From: a virus
Length of the DNA: 35,625 nt
Virus record (IMG/VR): IMGVR_UViG_3300002168_000001
Coordinates: 1 to 35,625 of that record
Direction: 5' to 3' (one strand)
Shown here: piece by piece, positions 6,941-14,697 of the stretch
Layout: each line of letters starts with the position of its first letter
Position numbering within the stretch: the first letter of the stretch is position 1
Notes under the pieces: model-generated
What the model was told of the DNA's origin: nothing
The model's database searches: none
Seen by the model: only the letters and a program-made list of their open reading frames with translations
Program-made: the position numbers and the translations under genes

Positions 6941-8706
6941 AAATAATACACTTAGAAACGAGAGAATCGTATTACATAGATTTTCAAAGAGGGCGTGGCG
7001 AGGAGAGAATGACTTGCCCTGTATGTTCTCCTACACGAAAAAAGAAGTCGGTAAAATGTTTCTCATGGAATCATGATAAAGAAATGGGATTTTGCTCTCA
7101 TTGTCAAGCTAAATTTGTAGCATATTCAGAGCAAGTAGATAACTATGTGAAACCTGAATGGAAAAACAATACCGATTTATCTGAAAAAGTAGTAAAATGG
7201 TTTGAGGGTAGGGGTATAAGCCAATTTACTTTGAGAGAAATGAAAGTAAGCGAGGGCATGGAATGGATGCCGCAAGTCTCAAAAGAAGTAAATACGATTC
7301 AGTTCAACTACTTTCGAGACGGCGAACTTGTAAACGTGAAATATAGAGATGCACGTAAAAATTTCAAATTACATTCGGGTAGTGAATTAATCGTGTACAA
7401 CTATGATAATGTTAAAGATTCAAAACAAATCGTAATTGTAGAGGGTGAAATGGATTGTTTGTCTCTCTATGAATGCGGAATACACAATGCAATTTCAGTT
7501 CCAAATGGAGCTGGCAAAGGCGTGATAAACTTGCAGTACATTGATAACTGTATCGAGTTGTTCGGTGATGATGTAGAGATAATTATTGCAACCGACAATG
7601 ATAGTCCGGGCATTAATCTACGTAACGAATTGGCATCAAGACTTGGAATTGAGAGGTGCAAAAAAGTTGATTTCGGCAAATGCAAGGATGCAAACGAATT
7701 TTTAGTGACTTATGGTGCAATTACTCTAAACGAACTGATTACACACGCAAAACCGTTTCCTATTGAGGGTGCTTTTACCGTTCGTGATTTTAATGGAGAA
7801 CTTGATGCACTTTACGAACATGGTTTGACTGCTGGGCTTCAGATAGGATTTCGAGAGTTTGATACATTAATTAGTTTTGAAACACAAAGGCTTTATACGA
7901 TTACTGGCATTCCAGGGCATGGTAAAAGTGAGTTTGTCGATGAAATAGTAGTAAGATTAAACACAACGCATGGATATAAGGCTGCCTATTTTAGTCCTGA
8001 AAACGTGCCGCTTCAACTTCATGCAAGTAAGATTATAGAAAAAATTAGCGGCAAAAGATTTAATAAATTCGCCTTGAAACGTTCGGAGTTGGAAATGGTT
8101 AAGGATTATTATTCAGATAATTTTTATCACATTTTGCCTGAAAACGATTTCACTATTGATACTATTTTGAGCAGAGCAAGGGGATTGATTAAACAGAAAG
8201 GAATCAAAATTCTAATTATTGACCCGTACAACACGATTGAACACAAGCGACAAAATGGAATGACTGAACATGAGTATATTTCAATGTTTTTGGACGTGTT
8301 GCGAAACTTCGCAAAACGGAATAATATTATAATATTTCTTGTTGCGCACCCCACGAAAATGAAAAAGGAACAAGGTATATTTGAAATTCCTGATATGTAT
8401 TCGATTTCGGGCAGTTCTAACTTTTACAACAAAACAGACTTTGGAATGACCGTATATCTGAATAGTGGCGGCATTACTGAAATTCACGTAAATAAAGTAA
8501 AATTCAAACATTTAGGGAAAAAGGGAATAGCATACTTTCAATGGGAATATTCAAATGGTAGGTACTATGAGAGAATTGACGGTATGCCGTACGTTACTGA
8601 CAATAAAAATCTAATTGAGAAACAAGAAACAATACAAGATTATGAGCCAAACAAAGAATTTGACACAGGATTCGACACGCAAGTTGAAACCGATATACCA
8701 TTTTAA
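6937..8706 (+). CDS. Bifunctional primase-helicase (zinc finger + TOPRIM + DnaB/RecA-like P-loop; T7 gp4-like)
   Basis: Zinc finger CPVCSPTRKKKSVKCFSW..CSHC. TOPRIM IVIVEGEMDCLS and IIATDNDSPG. Walker A GIPGHGKSEF. Walker B ILIIDPYN. The start at 6937 forms an ATGA overlap with the upstream stop. Confidence 0.88.
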   Translation: MKIIHLETRESYYIDFQRGRGEERMTCPVCSPTRKKKSVKCFSWNHDKEMGFCSHCQAKFVAYSEQVDNYVKPEWKNNTDLSEKVVKWFEGRGISQFTLREMKVSEGMEWMPQVSKEVNTIQFNYFRDGELVNVKYRDARKNFKLHSGSELIVYNYDNVKDSKQIVIVEGEMDCLSLYECGIHNAISVPNGAGKGVINLQYIDNCIELFGDDVEIIIATDNDSPGINLRNELASRLGIERCKKVDFGKCKDANEFLVTYGAITLNELITHAKPFPIEGAFTVRDFNGELDALYEHGLTAGLQIGFREFDTLISFETQRLYTITGIPGHGKSEFVDEIVVRLNTTHGYKAAYFSPENVPLQLHASKIIEKISGKRFNKFALKRSELEMVKDYYSDNFYHILPENDFTIDTILSRARGLIKQKGIKILIIDPYNTIEHKRQNGMTEHEYISMFLDVLRNFAKRNNIIIFLVAHPTKMKKEQGIFEIPDMYSISGSSNFYNKTDFGMTVYLNSGGITEIHVNKVKFKHLGKKGIAYFQWEYSNGRYYERIDGMPYVTDNKNLIEKQETIQDYEPNKEFDTGFDTQVETDIPF

Positions 8707-8740
8707 AGCAGATAAGGTCGTGTATCGTGGCGGTATTTTA

Positions 8741-8872
8741 ATGCAATTACTCTACAAACCGAATAGACTAAATGCAAAAATATTAAGCGACATTCAATAC
8801 TTCAAATATACGACAGGAAGTAATTTTGAAGTAATCGAAATAATGAAAAAAGGAAACGTAAAATATAAATAG
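8741..8872 (+). CDS. Small hypothetical protein (43 aa)
   Basis: An ATG at 8741 fills the gap between the primase-helicase and the next gene. The longer 8615 version overlaps the helicase 3' end. Confidence 0.3.
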   Translation: MQLLYKPNRLNAKILSDIQYFKYTTGSNFEVIEIMKKGNVKYK

Positions 8873-8873
8873 A

Positions 8874-9287
8874 ATGAAAGCAAAAGTGTTTAATCTTGAA
8901 CAATTAAAAGATACGTTTAATAAAATTGCAAAAGCCGATTTATCCAAAGGATTTGTTATTGAATGGAAACGATTCCAGAAAGTTAGAACAAACGATCAAA
9001 ACGCATTATATTGGATGTGGCTAACTTGTTTGGAGCAAGAAACAGGACAGGAAAAAGACAGCTTACACGATTACTTTAGAGAAAAATATCTACAAGTTAC
9101 ATACGAAAAAGTATTCGATTCCGAAAGAAAAATATTACAATCCACCACGAAATTAGATACCGTTGCAATGAGAAACTATTTAGATAAAATACAAGTATTT
9201 GCGGCTACGGAATTAGCGGTTACACTTCCCGACCCCGAAGACAGATATTTTGAGGAATTTTTATCACAATACGAAAGATTTAGATAA
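8874..9287 (+). CDS. NinB/Orf-family recombination mediator-like protein
   Basis: RTNDQNALYWMWLTCLE parallels lambda NinB RSLDQNRKLWACLGDVS. QSTTKLDTVAMRNYLDKIQVFA parallels GQSTSRMRVGEFAELLELIQAF. Confidence 0.55.
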   Translation: MKAKVFNLEQLKDTFNKIAKADLSKGFVIEWKRFQKVRTNDQNALYWMWLTCLEQETGQEKDSLHDYFREKYLQVTYEKVFDSERKILQSTTKLDTVAMRNYLDKIQVFAATELAVTLPDPEDRYFEEFLSQYERFR

Positions 9288-9293
9288 AAACTA

Positions 9294-9324
9294 TTGATTT
9301 ATAAATATTAATTTTGTATATTTG
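9294..9324 (+). promoter_or_regulatory. Bacteroidota-type promoter (TTG-N20-TAtaTTTG)
   Basis: ttg at 9294..9296 and tatatttg at 9317..9324, 22 nt upstream of the ATG at 9347. Confidence 0.5.
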
Positions 9325-9346
9325 AAAAACTAAAATATAAAACTAT

Positions 9347-9562
9347 ATGTCTTGTATTGAAATAAATAATGGAATACTATGTATGGAAAATATTGATTTT
9401 GCCTGTCCAAAATGCAAAAAAGTATATTCAGATGATAAAGATAAATACCTAAATCGTTGCAATAAAAATCAAAATGGATGTGCAAAAATCAAATGTGATT
9501 GCGGACAATCATTTTATATGACTTACAATTATAAAGGTGATGCAGTATCGTTTATGCCTTAA
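9347..9562 (+). CDS. Small Cys-rich (zinc-ribbon-like) protein
   Basis: 71 aa with CPKC...C....C..C.C spacing. Confidence 0.55.
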   Translation: MSCIEINNGILCMENIDFACPKCKKVYSDDKDKYLNRCNKNQNGCAKIKCDCGQSFYMTYNYKGDAVSFMP

Positions 9563-9566
9563 TTGG

Positions 9567-9585
9567 CTATAACGTTTTGTAGCTA
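9567..9585. repeat. Intergenic repeat ctataacgttttgtAgcta (copy 2)
   Basis: 18/19 identical to 5414..5432. Confidence 0.8.
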
Positions 9586-9651
9586 ACAATGGTTGTTTGC
9601 GAATTATTTAAAAATAACTTAAAACGTGTAAAATGACAAAAGAAGATATAA

Positions 9652-10176
9652 ATGATAACAAAAGAGCAAATAATTGACATAGCAAGAGATGAACTTACAC
9701 CGATAGGATGGCATGAAGAACACGCTAAATACATTGACGGACTTGATGCCTTTGCAGAAAGGCTATTAAAATTATGCGACTGTAAAGATTTTAAAATAAA
9801 AGGAAATATGAGCGAAAAAGCAGAACACAGACAAGTATGTGATTATATAAGGACTCAATACCCGAATGCAATATTTAATACAGATGCGAGCGGTGTTAAA
9901 TTGACAACAGGTCAAGCGGTGCAAATGAAAAAATTAAGGTCTGGTAGAGGGTTTCCTGATATTGTTGTCTATGAGCCGCGTAATGGATATTATGGGCTTT
10001 TTATCGAGATGAAAAAAACGGGCGAGATTTTGTTTAAAAAGAATGGCGAGCCTAAAACAGAACACATTAAAGAACAAATTGAAATGTGCGAAATGTTAAT
10101 GAGCAGGAGGTATTATGCTATGATATGCTTGGGATTCGAGCATGCAAAAAAAATAATTGATTGGTATATGAAATAA
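9652..10176 (+). CDS. VRR-NUC domain nuclease (PD-(D/E)XK) with an N-terminal extension
   Basis: GRGFPDIVVY...GLFIEMKKTGE fits the PD...E.K motif. The segment EHIKEQIEMCEMLMSRRYYAMICLGFEHAKKIIDWY is typical of a VRR-NUC C-terminus. Confidence 0.65.
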   Translation: MITKEQIIDIARDELTPIGWHEEHAKYIDGLDAFAERLLKLCDCKDFKIKGNMSEKAEHRQVCDYIRTQYPNAIFNTDASGVKLTTGQAVQMKKLRSGRGFPDIVVYEPRNGYYGLFIEMKKTGEILFKKNGEPKTEHIKEQIEMCEMLMSRRYYAMICLGFEHAKKIIDWYMK

Positions 10177-10188
10177 TAACTATATTTG
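10157..10188 (+). promoter_or_regulatory. Bacteroidota-type promoter (TTG-N21-TAtaTTTG)
   Basis: ttg at 10157..10159 and tatatttg at 10181..10188, upstream of the ATG at 10209. Confidence 0.45.
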
Positions 10189-10208
10189 TAAAACTAAAAG
10201 ATAATATT

Positions 10209-10445
10209 ATGGTGCATGAATTAAAGATAAAGGGAGAATATCTACTTGCCATTCAAGAAGGTCGGAAAACTTTTGAAATAAGAAAATTAGATAGAGATTT
10301 TAAAGAAAATGATTATTTATATTTAAGAGAATTTCATGACGGAAAATATACTGGAAATGAATGTGTAAAAAAAATATCTTACATTTATGTAGGTAATGAT
10401 GAATATGGACTAAAAAAAGGATTTGGAATATTAGGAATAATCTAA
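10209..10445 (+). CDS. ASCH-like (DUF3850-like) small protein
   Basis: HELKIKGEYLLAIQEGRKTFEIRKLDRDFKENDYLYLREF matches the DUF3850/ASCH pattern. The ATG at 10209 lies downstream of the promoter. Confidence 0.6.
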   Translation: MVHELKIKGEYLLAIQEGRKTFEIRKLDRDFKENDYLYLREFHDGKYTGNECVKKISYIYVGNDEYGLKKGFGILGII

Positions 10446-10458
10446 AAAAAATAATACT

Positions 10459-10806
10459 ATGAAATATCACAACACTTTAAAACAAGCTGAAACGTCAGCG
10501 AAAGAAACTGGATTCAAATACTCAAAAACAGATTACCTCTGCAGCTGCGGTCAAATACGAGATGCTTACATTATTTTAGATTCAGAAGGAAAATGTACGG
10601 ACGCTCATGTGGTTTGTCGAAAATGTAACCCTGTTAAACTTGGAGGGAAGAGAAAAAACTGCGGAAGACCCAAAGTTGATGACAAAAAAGAGCAAACGCC
10701 GATTTACATTAAACGCTCTCGAATGGAGTTGCTTGGGCGTAAATTAGTGCGTAAAATTTCGAGTGATGCGGTAGAAGCTGAGTATCAGAAACGGATTAAT
10801 GGGTAA
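10459..10806 (+). CDS. Hypothetical basic protein with two Cys pairs
   Basis: 115-aa ORF with CSCG...CRKC and a Lys/Arg-rich C-terminal half. Confidence 0.55.
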   Translation: MKYHNTLKQAETSAKETGFKYSKTDYLCSCGQIRDAYIILDSEGKCTDAHVVCRKCNPVKLGGKRKNCGRPKVDDKKEQTPIYIKRSRMELLGRKLVRKISSDAVEAEYQKRING

Positions 10807-10813
10807 CGGTCGA

Positions 10814-10852
10814 TTGTATGTAAAGTGTGACGTAGTGGAATTTTACATACAA
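10814..10852 (+). promoter_or_regulatory. Perfect 11-bp-stem hairpin or inverted repeat upstream of the C5 methyltransferase gene
   Basis: ttgtatgtaaa (10814..10824) pairs with tttacatacaa (10842..10852), with a 17-nt loop. No T-tract follows immediately. Confidence 0.5.
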
Positions 10853-10902
10853 GATGTTATGCACAGGTTTTTATAATAAATTAACTATACTTAAAATATA
10901 AT

Positions 10903-11988
10903 ATGAATAATCATAGATTTCCATATAAATGGACTTTAAAAGATGCCAACTTCACAAAGGATAAAGGCAAAGTATTTAGTTGTTTTGCTTGTGGTGGTGG
11001 TTCAACTATGGGTTATAAATTAGCTGGATTTGATGTGATAGGATGCAATGAGATTGACCCTAAAATGATTGAAGCATACAAGGTAAACCATAATCCAAAA
11101 TATGCCTATTTAGAGCCAATACAGACCTTTAAATTAAGAACTGATTTACCTGATGAATTATACCAATTAGATATTTTGGATGGTTCGCCGCCTTGCAGTA
11201 GCTTTTCAATGGCTGGCAATAGAGAAAAAGACTGGGGAAAAAATAAAGTTTTTAGGGAAGGACAAGCAATGCAAGTTTTAGATACTTTGTTTTTTGACTT
11301 TATTGATTTAGCAAAAAAGCTACAACCAAAAGTAGTGATTGCTGAAAACGTAAAAGGTTTGCTTTTAGGAAAAGCAAAAGCCTATGTAAGGCAAATATAC
11401 CGCGAGTTTGATTTAGCTGGGTATTATTGCCAACATTGGTTATTAGATGCTTCAAAAATGGGAGTGCCACAACGTAGGGAACGAGTGTTTTTTATTGCTT
11501 TACGTAAAGATTTGGCAAACCAATTTTTAGAACAAGTTGATATGTTTACCGTGTTGCCAAAATTAAAACTTGAATTTAATGAGCCACAAATAAACTTTGG
11601 AGAATTTTATGAAGCTGGAGTTGATGATAGACCCGCTTCACAAGGCAAAATGTATGAGTATTGGCAAAATAGAAAACAAGGTGACGAAAGTTTTTGTGAT
11701 ACAATAAAAAGAGTTGAAGGTGCTGAAAGATGCTTTACCAATAAATACCTTTACTCTGATATTGTTCCAATGACATACACAAGCAATTCAGATGTGATTT
11801 ACTTGTTTGATGAATACAGAAAGCCAAACAAAAAAGAAAGTTGCTGTATTGGCTCATACCCACAAGATTATAAATTTACTGGTGTGCAATACAATTATTT
11901 AATTGGAATGAGCGTTCCGCCTGTAATGACAGCAAACATAGCGACTGAAATTTATTCGCAATGGCTCTCAAAGTTGGAACGGTCTTAA
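10903..11988 (+). CDS. dcm: DNA (cytosine-5)-methyltransferase
   Basis: Motif I FSCFACGGGSTMGY, motif IV GSPPCSSFS, motif VI ENVKGLL, motif VIII QRRERVFFIA, motif X GMSVPPVM. Confidence 0.9.
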   Translation: MNNHRFPYKWTLKDANFTKDKGKVFSCFACGGGSTMGYKLAGFDVIGCNEIDPKMIEAYKVNHNPKYAYLEPIQTFKLRTDLPDELYQLDILDGSPPCSSFSMAGNREKDWGKNKVFREGQAMQVLDTLFFDFIDLAKKLQPKVVIAENVKGLLLGKAKAYVRQIYREFDLAGYYCQHWLLDASKMGVPQRRERVFFIALRKDLANQFLEQVDMFTVLPKLKLEFNEPQINFGEFYEAGVDDRPASQGKMYEYWQNRKQGDESFCDTIKRVEGAERCFTNKYLYSDIVPMTYTSNSDVIYLFDEYRKPNKKESCCIGSYPQDYKFTGVQYNYLIGMSVPPVMTANIATEIYSQWLSKLERS

Positions 11989-12006
11989 ACTTGTGCATAA
12001 CTACTG

Positions 12007-12029
12007 TATATGTATAACAAAATAGCCCA
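12007..12029. repeat. Intergenic repeat tatatgtataacaaaatagCcca (copy 2)
   Basis: 22/23 identical to 5717..5739. Confidence 0.85.
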
Positions 12030-12085
12030 TTTAACTATTAATTAACTAAAAATGAAAAAATTAGGCAAACAAAGAAAAATACAAT

Positions 12086-12116
12086 TTTGAAAATCAACTA
12101 AAATATACTATATTTG
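12086..12116 (+). promoter_or_regulatory. Bacteroidota-type promoter (TTTG-N19-TAtaTTTG)
   Basis: tttg at 12086..12089 and tatatttg at 12109..12116, just upstream of the ATG at 12121. Confidence 0.5.
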
Positions 12117-12120
12117 TAAA

Positions 12121-12354
12121 ATGGATATTATACGAAATATGAAAAAATTAATCATTCTAATCGGAATTGCTGCAATGTTTTCTTGCACGAAAGTAAAATG
12201 TTATTCTTGTAATTATGAAGACCCTCGATACAAAAACAAAAAAGAGGTAATTTGTGATATGAACAAACGTGAATTAAAAGCATATCAAGAGACAAAAACA
12301 ATTACAGATGTGCGAGGTAATGAAATTGAATATAAATGTGTAAAAAATGAGTAG
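12121..12354 (+). CDS. Small Cys-rich lipoprotein
   Basis: The signal peptide MKKLIILIGIAAMFSC ends in a lipobox-like Cys. The mature part has further Cys residues. The start may instead be 12139. Confidence 0.6.
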   Translation: MDIIRNMKKLIILIGIAAMFSCTKVKCYSCNYEDPRYKNKKEVICDMNKRELKAYQETKTITDVRGNEIEYKCVKNE

Positions 12355-12949
12355 TATGGGATTGTTTGATGAAATAGATTGTGTTAGTTATTCTAAAATC
12401 AAAGCACGAGCAGAAAAAAGAGAAATAAAACAAAATTTGAAATTTGAATTAAGAAACTCAAATTTAGAAACAATAATAAAAAGTTGCGGTGGACTTCCGA
12501 ATAACAATGAGATTTTAGAGTTTGTTTCTGACGGCACAAGTGACACGGGTTCATTCCTTGAGCTGATAATAAAAGAGTTTGGAGTAATTGATGAAATGTA
12601 TTTAAGCACGTGGACTATTTCTCGATTAAATGTTATTAGGCTATTAGATAAAATTGATAATAAAAAAATAAAACATTTTGAATTTTTAATAAATAATGGT
12701 CTTTTAAAAACAAACTCAACAAAGAGTATATGGGGAATGATATGCGATGAGTTTAATAAGAGAAATATAAAATATAAAGCAATAAATTCACATGCAAAAA
12801 TTTTTACCTGCAGATGTGCAGACAAATATATTACGGTTTCAGGTTCTGGTAATTGGAGCGAAAATCCTCGAACTGAAAACTATTTTGTTATAGGGGGGAA
12901 GGATTCTTTTTGTTTCAATAAAAAATGGATGCAGGAATATAATATTTAA
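12347..12949 (+). CDS. PLD-family (single HKD motif) nuclease-like protein
   Basis: NSHAKIFTCRCADKYITVSGSGNWS fits HxK...GSxN. It is 200 aa and lies immediately upstream of the terminase genes. Confidence 0.5.
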   Translation: MSSMGLFDEIDCVSYSKIKARAEKREIKQNLKFELRNSNLETIIKSCGGLPNNNEILEFVSDGTSDTGSFLELIIKEFGVIDEMYLSTWTISRLNVIRLLDKIDNKKIKHFEFLINNGLLKTNSTKSIWGMICDEFNKRNIKYKAINSHAKIFTCRCADKYITVSGSGNWSENPRTENYFVIGGKDSFCFNKKWMQEYNI

Positions 12950-12953
12950 AATT

Positions 12954-13373
12954 ATGAGCAAAGAAAATCGAAGCACTAAAATTGAGAAAGAGCAAAGGGT
13001 TATGCTCGTTGCAAAAGCTATGTTAGACGGTTTTACTAATAGGAAAATTTTAATTCAATATGTTACAGAGCAATATAAGTGGGACGTGACTGAAAGAACA
13101 ATAGATGAGTATATAAAAAATGCAAGGGATTTACTTCGCTCGACAAACGAAAATGACATTGAGCTTGAAAAAACAATTGCATTAAATAGACTTGATGCGC
13201 TCTATTATATGAATTATAAAATTCACGACTTTAGAGAATGCAGAAATGTTATTGAGAGTAGGGCAAAAATATTAGGAATAAATGCGCCAGAAAAAAGTGA
13301 AAACAAAACAGAGCATTCAGTAGCTGCACCAATCACAGTACAAATTGACGGTAAAAATATCGAATTGAAATAG
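12954..13373 (+). CDS. Terminase small subunit (positional call)
   Basis: 139-aa ORF directly upstream of the large terminase. Helical, HTH-like N-terminal half. Confidence 0.5.
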   Translation: MSKENRSTKIEKEQRVMLVAKAMLDGFTNRKILIQYVTEQYKWDVTERTIDEYIKNARDLLRSTNENDIELEKTIALNRLDALYYMNYKIHDFRECRNVIESRAKILGINAPEKSENKTEHSVAAPITVQIDGKNIELK

Positions 13374-13396
13374 AAAACACTAAAAAAGATTACAAT

Positions 13397-14632
13397 ATGA
13401 CATTTGACCCCAACCCGTTATTTTATTGGATGCTAAAAAAATATGCGGAATGGGACAGTAATGATAAGTTAGTGATATGTAATGAAGGCGGAAGTCGTTC
13501 AGGTAAGACGTGGGACACATTTCATTTATTAGTTTATATTTGTTGGCACACCGAAACACCTTTGTCTATATACGTACTACGTAATACGCTAACTGAATGT
13601 AGAGACAAGACGTTTGATGACTTCTTGAAGTTTGCTCGGATAGTTGGAATATACGATAGTAACGCATACGTAACAAGCCCGAAGCCAAATTACAAAATAG
13701 GCAATCACATAATCAAGTTCAGAGGATTGGACGATGAAAAAGATACAGAGGGTTTCCCGTCTGATATTACTTTCTTGAATGAAGCGTTAGAGCTTTCCAC
13801 AGAATCAAAGATAACGGGTATATTCATGCGATGTACTAAACTATTCATTGCAGATTGGAACCCGAAATTCACAGCACATTGGATATTCAAGTGGGAGAAG
13901 CGAGACAATGTATTTTTCACAAGAACAACGTACCTCAACAACAAACACTGCCCCGAAGCAGTTGTAAAAGAACTTAAAGGATACGAGCCAACAAAACAAA
14001 ACATAGAGCAAGGCACAGCGAACGAGTACAGATACAAGGTGTACACTCTAGGGCAACGTGGAAGCATGGACGGTCTTGTGTTTCCCGATGTTATTTGGGT
14101 TGATTCGCTCGATTACGAAACAGACAAAATCATGTACGGTCTTGACTTCGGAAACACAACAGGTACATTTGCCTTTGCGGAAGTGTACACGAACGGAAAT
14201 AACTTGTATGCAGACTGCCCAATTTATAGCAAGTTCGCAACGAAAGAAGATATAGTTACCGACAAAAATTCGGGGCTGCTTAATTTCTATGAGGTTTTTA
14301 AATCTTACTTGAAAGAGAGAGAACTCGAAAAAACAGAAATGTTTATCATATGCGATTCGGCAAATCCCGACTTTATAACAAATCTAAATATATGGGCTAA
14401 TAGAGATGGGTATAATTGTAAATTCCTACCTGTTAAAAAATACCCTGGATGTGTTACGGCACGAATAGATAAAATAAATCGGTACAAAATGCACCTCGTT
14501 AAACGAGACTGGGTTGTAGAAGAACAAGAGAACTACTCATACCTTGAAATAAACGGCATAAAAACCAATCAGCCGAAGAAAGGAAACGATCATTTCTTTG
14601 ACGCTCTAGGGTATGCTTTTCAATATTACTAA
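13397..14632 (+). CDS. terL: Terminase large subunit (PBSX/Terminase_3-like)
   Basis: Walker A NEGGSRSGKTWD, Walker B-like ITFLNEALE, and the C-terminal nuclease signature NDHFFDALGYAFQYY. Confidence 0.85.
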   Translation: MTFDPNPLFYWMLKKYAEWDSNDKLVICNEGGSRSGKTWDTFHLLVYICWHTETPLSIYVLRNTLTECRDKTFDDFLKFARIVGIYDSNAYVTSPKPNYKIGNHIIKFRGLDDEKDTEGFPSDITFLNEALELSTESKITGIFMRCTKLFIADWNPKFTAHWIFKWEKRDNVFFTRTTYLNNKHCPEAVVKELKGYEPTKQNIEQGTANEYRYKVYTLGQRGSMDGLVFPDVIWVDSLDYETDKIMYGLDFGNTTGTFAFAEVYTNGNNLYADCPIYSKFATKEDIVTDKNSGLLNFYEVFKSYLKERELEKTEMFIICDSANPDFITNLNIWANRDGYNCKFLPVKKYPGCVTARIDKINRYKMHLVKRDWVVEEQENYSYLEINGIKTNQPKKGNDHFFDALGYAFQYY

Positions 14633-14648
14633 CAAATTATTACTTTTA

Positions 14649-14681
14649 TTTGCTTTTTACTTACAGATTGTTATATATTTG
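14649..14681 (+). promoter_or_regulatory. Bacteroidota-type promoter (TTTG-N21-TAtaTTTG) upstream of the portal gene
   Basis: tttg at 14649..14652 and tatatttg at 14674..14681. Confidence 0.45.
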
Positions 14682-14697
14682 TGAAAATTATTGATTA

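Noticed and set aside
8615-8740. A long version of the small ORF that starts inside the primase-helicase 3' end
   Set aside because: It overlaps the conserved helicase C-terminus by 92 nt. Only the portion from ATG 8741 lies in otherwise non-coding sequence, and even that portion has low confidence.
14058-14255. A 65-aa alternative-frame ORF inside the large terminase gene, and similar short internal ORFs on both strands elsewhere in the track
   Set aside because: They are embedded in genes with strong motif support, and their short products are compositionally odd.
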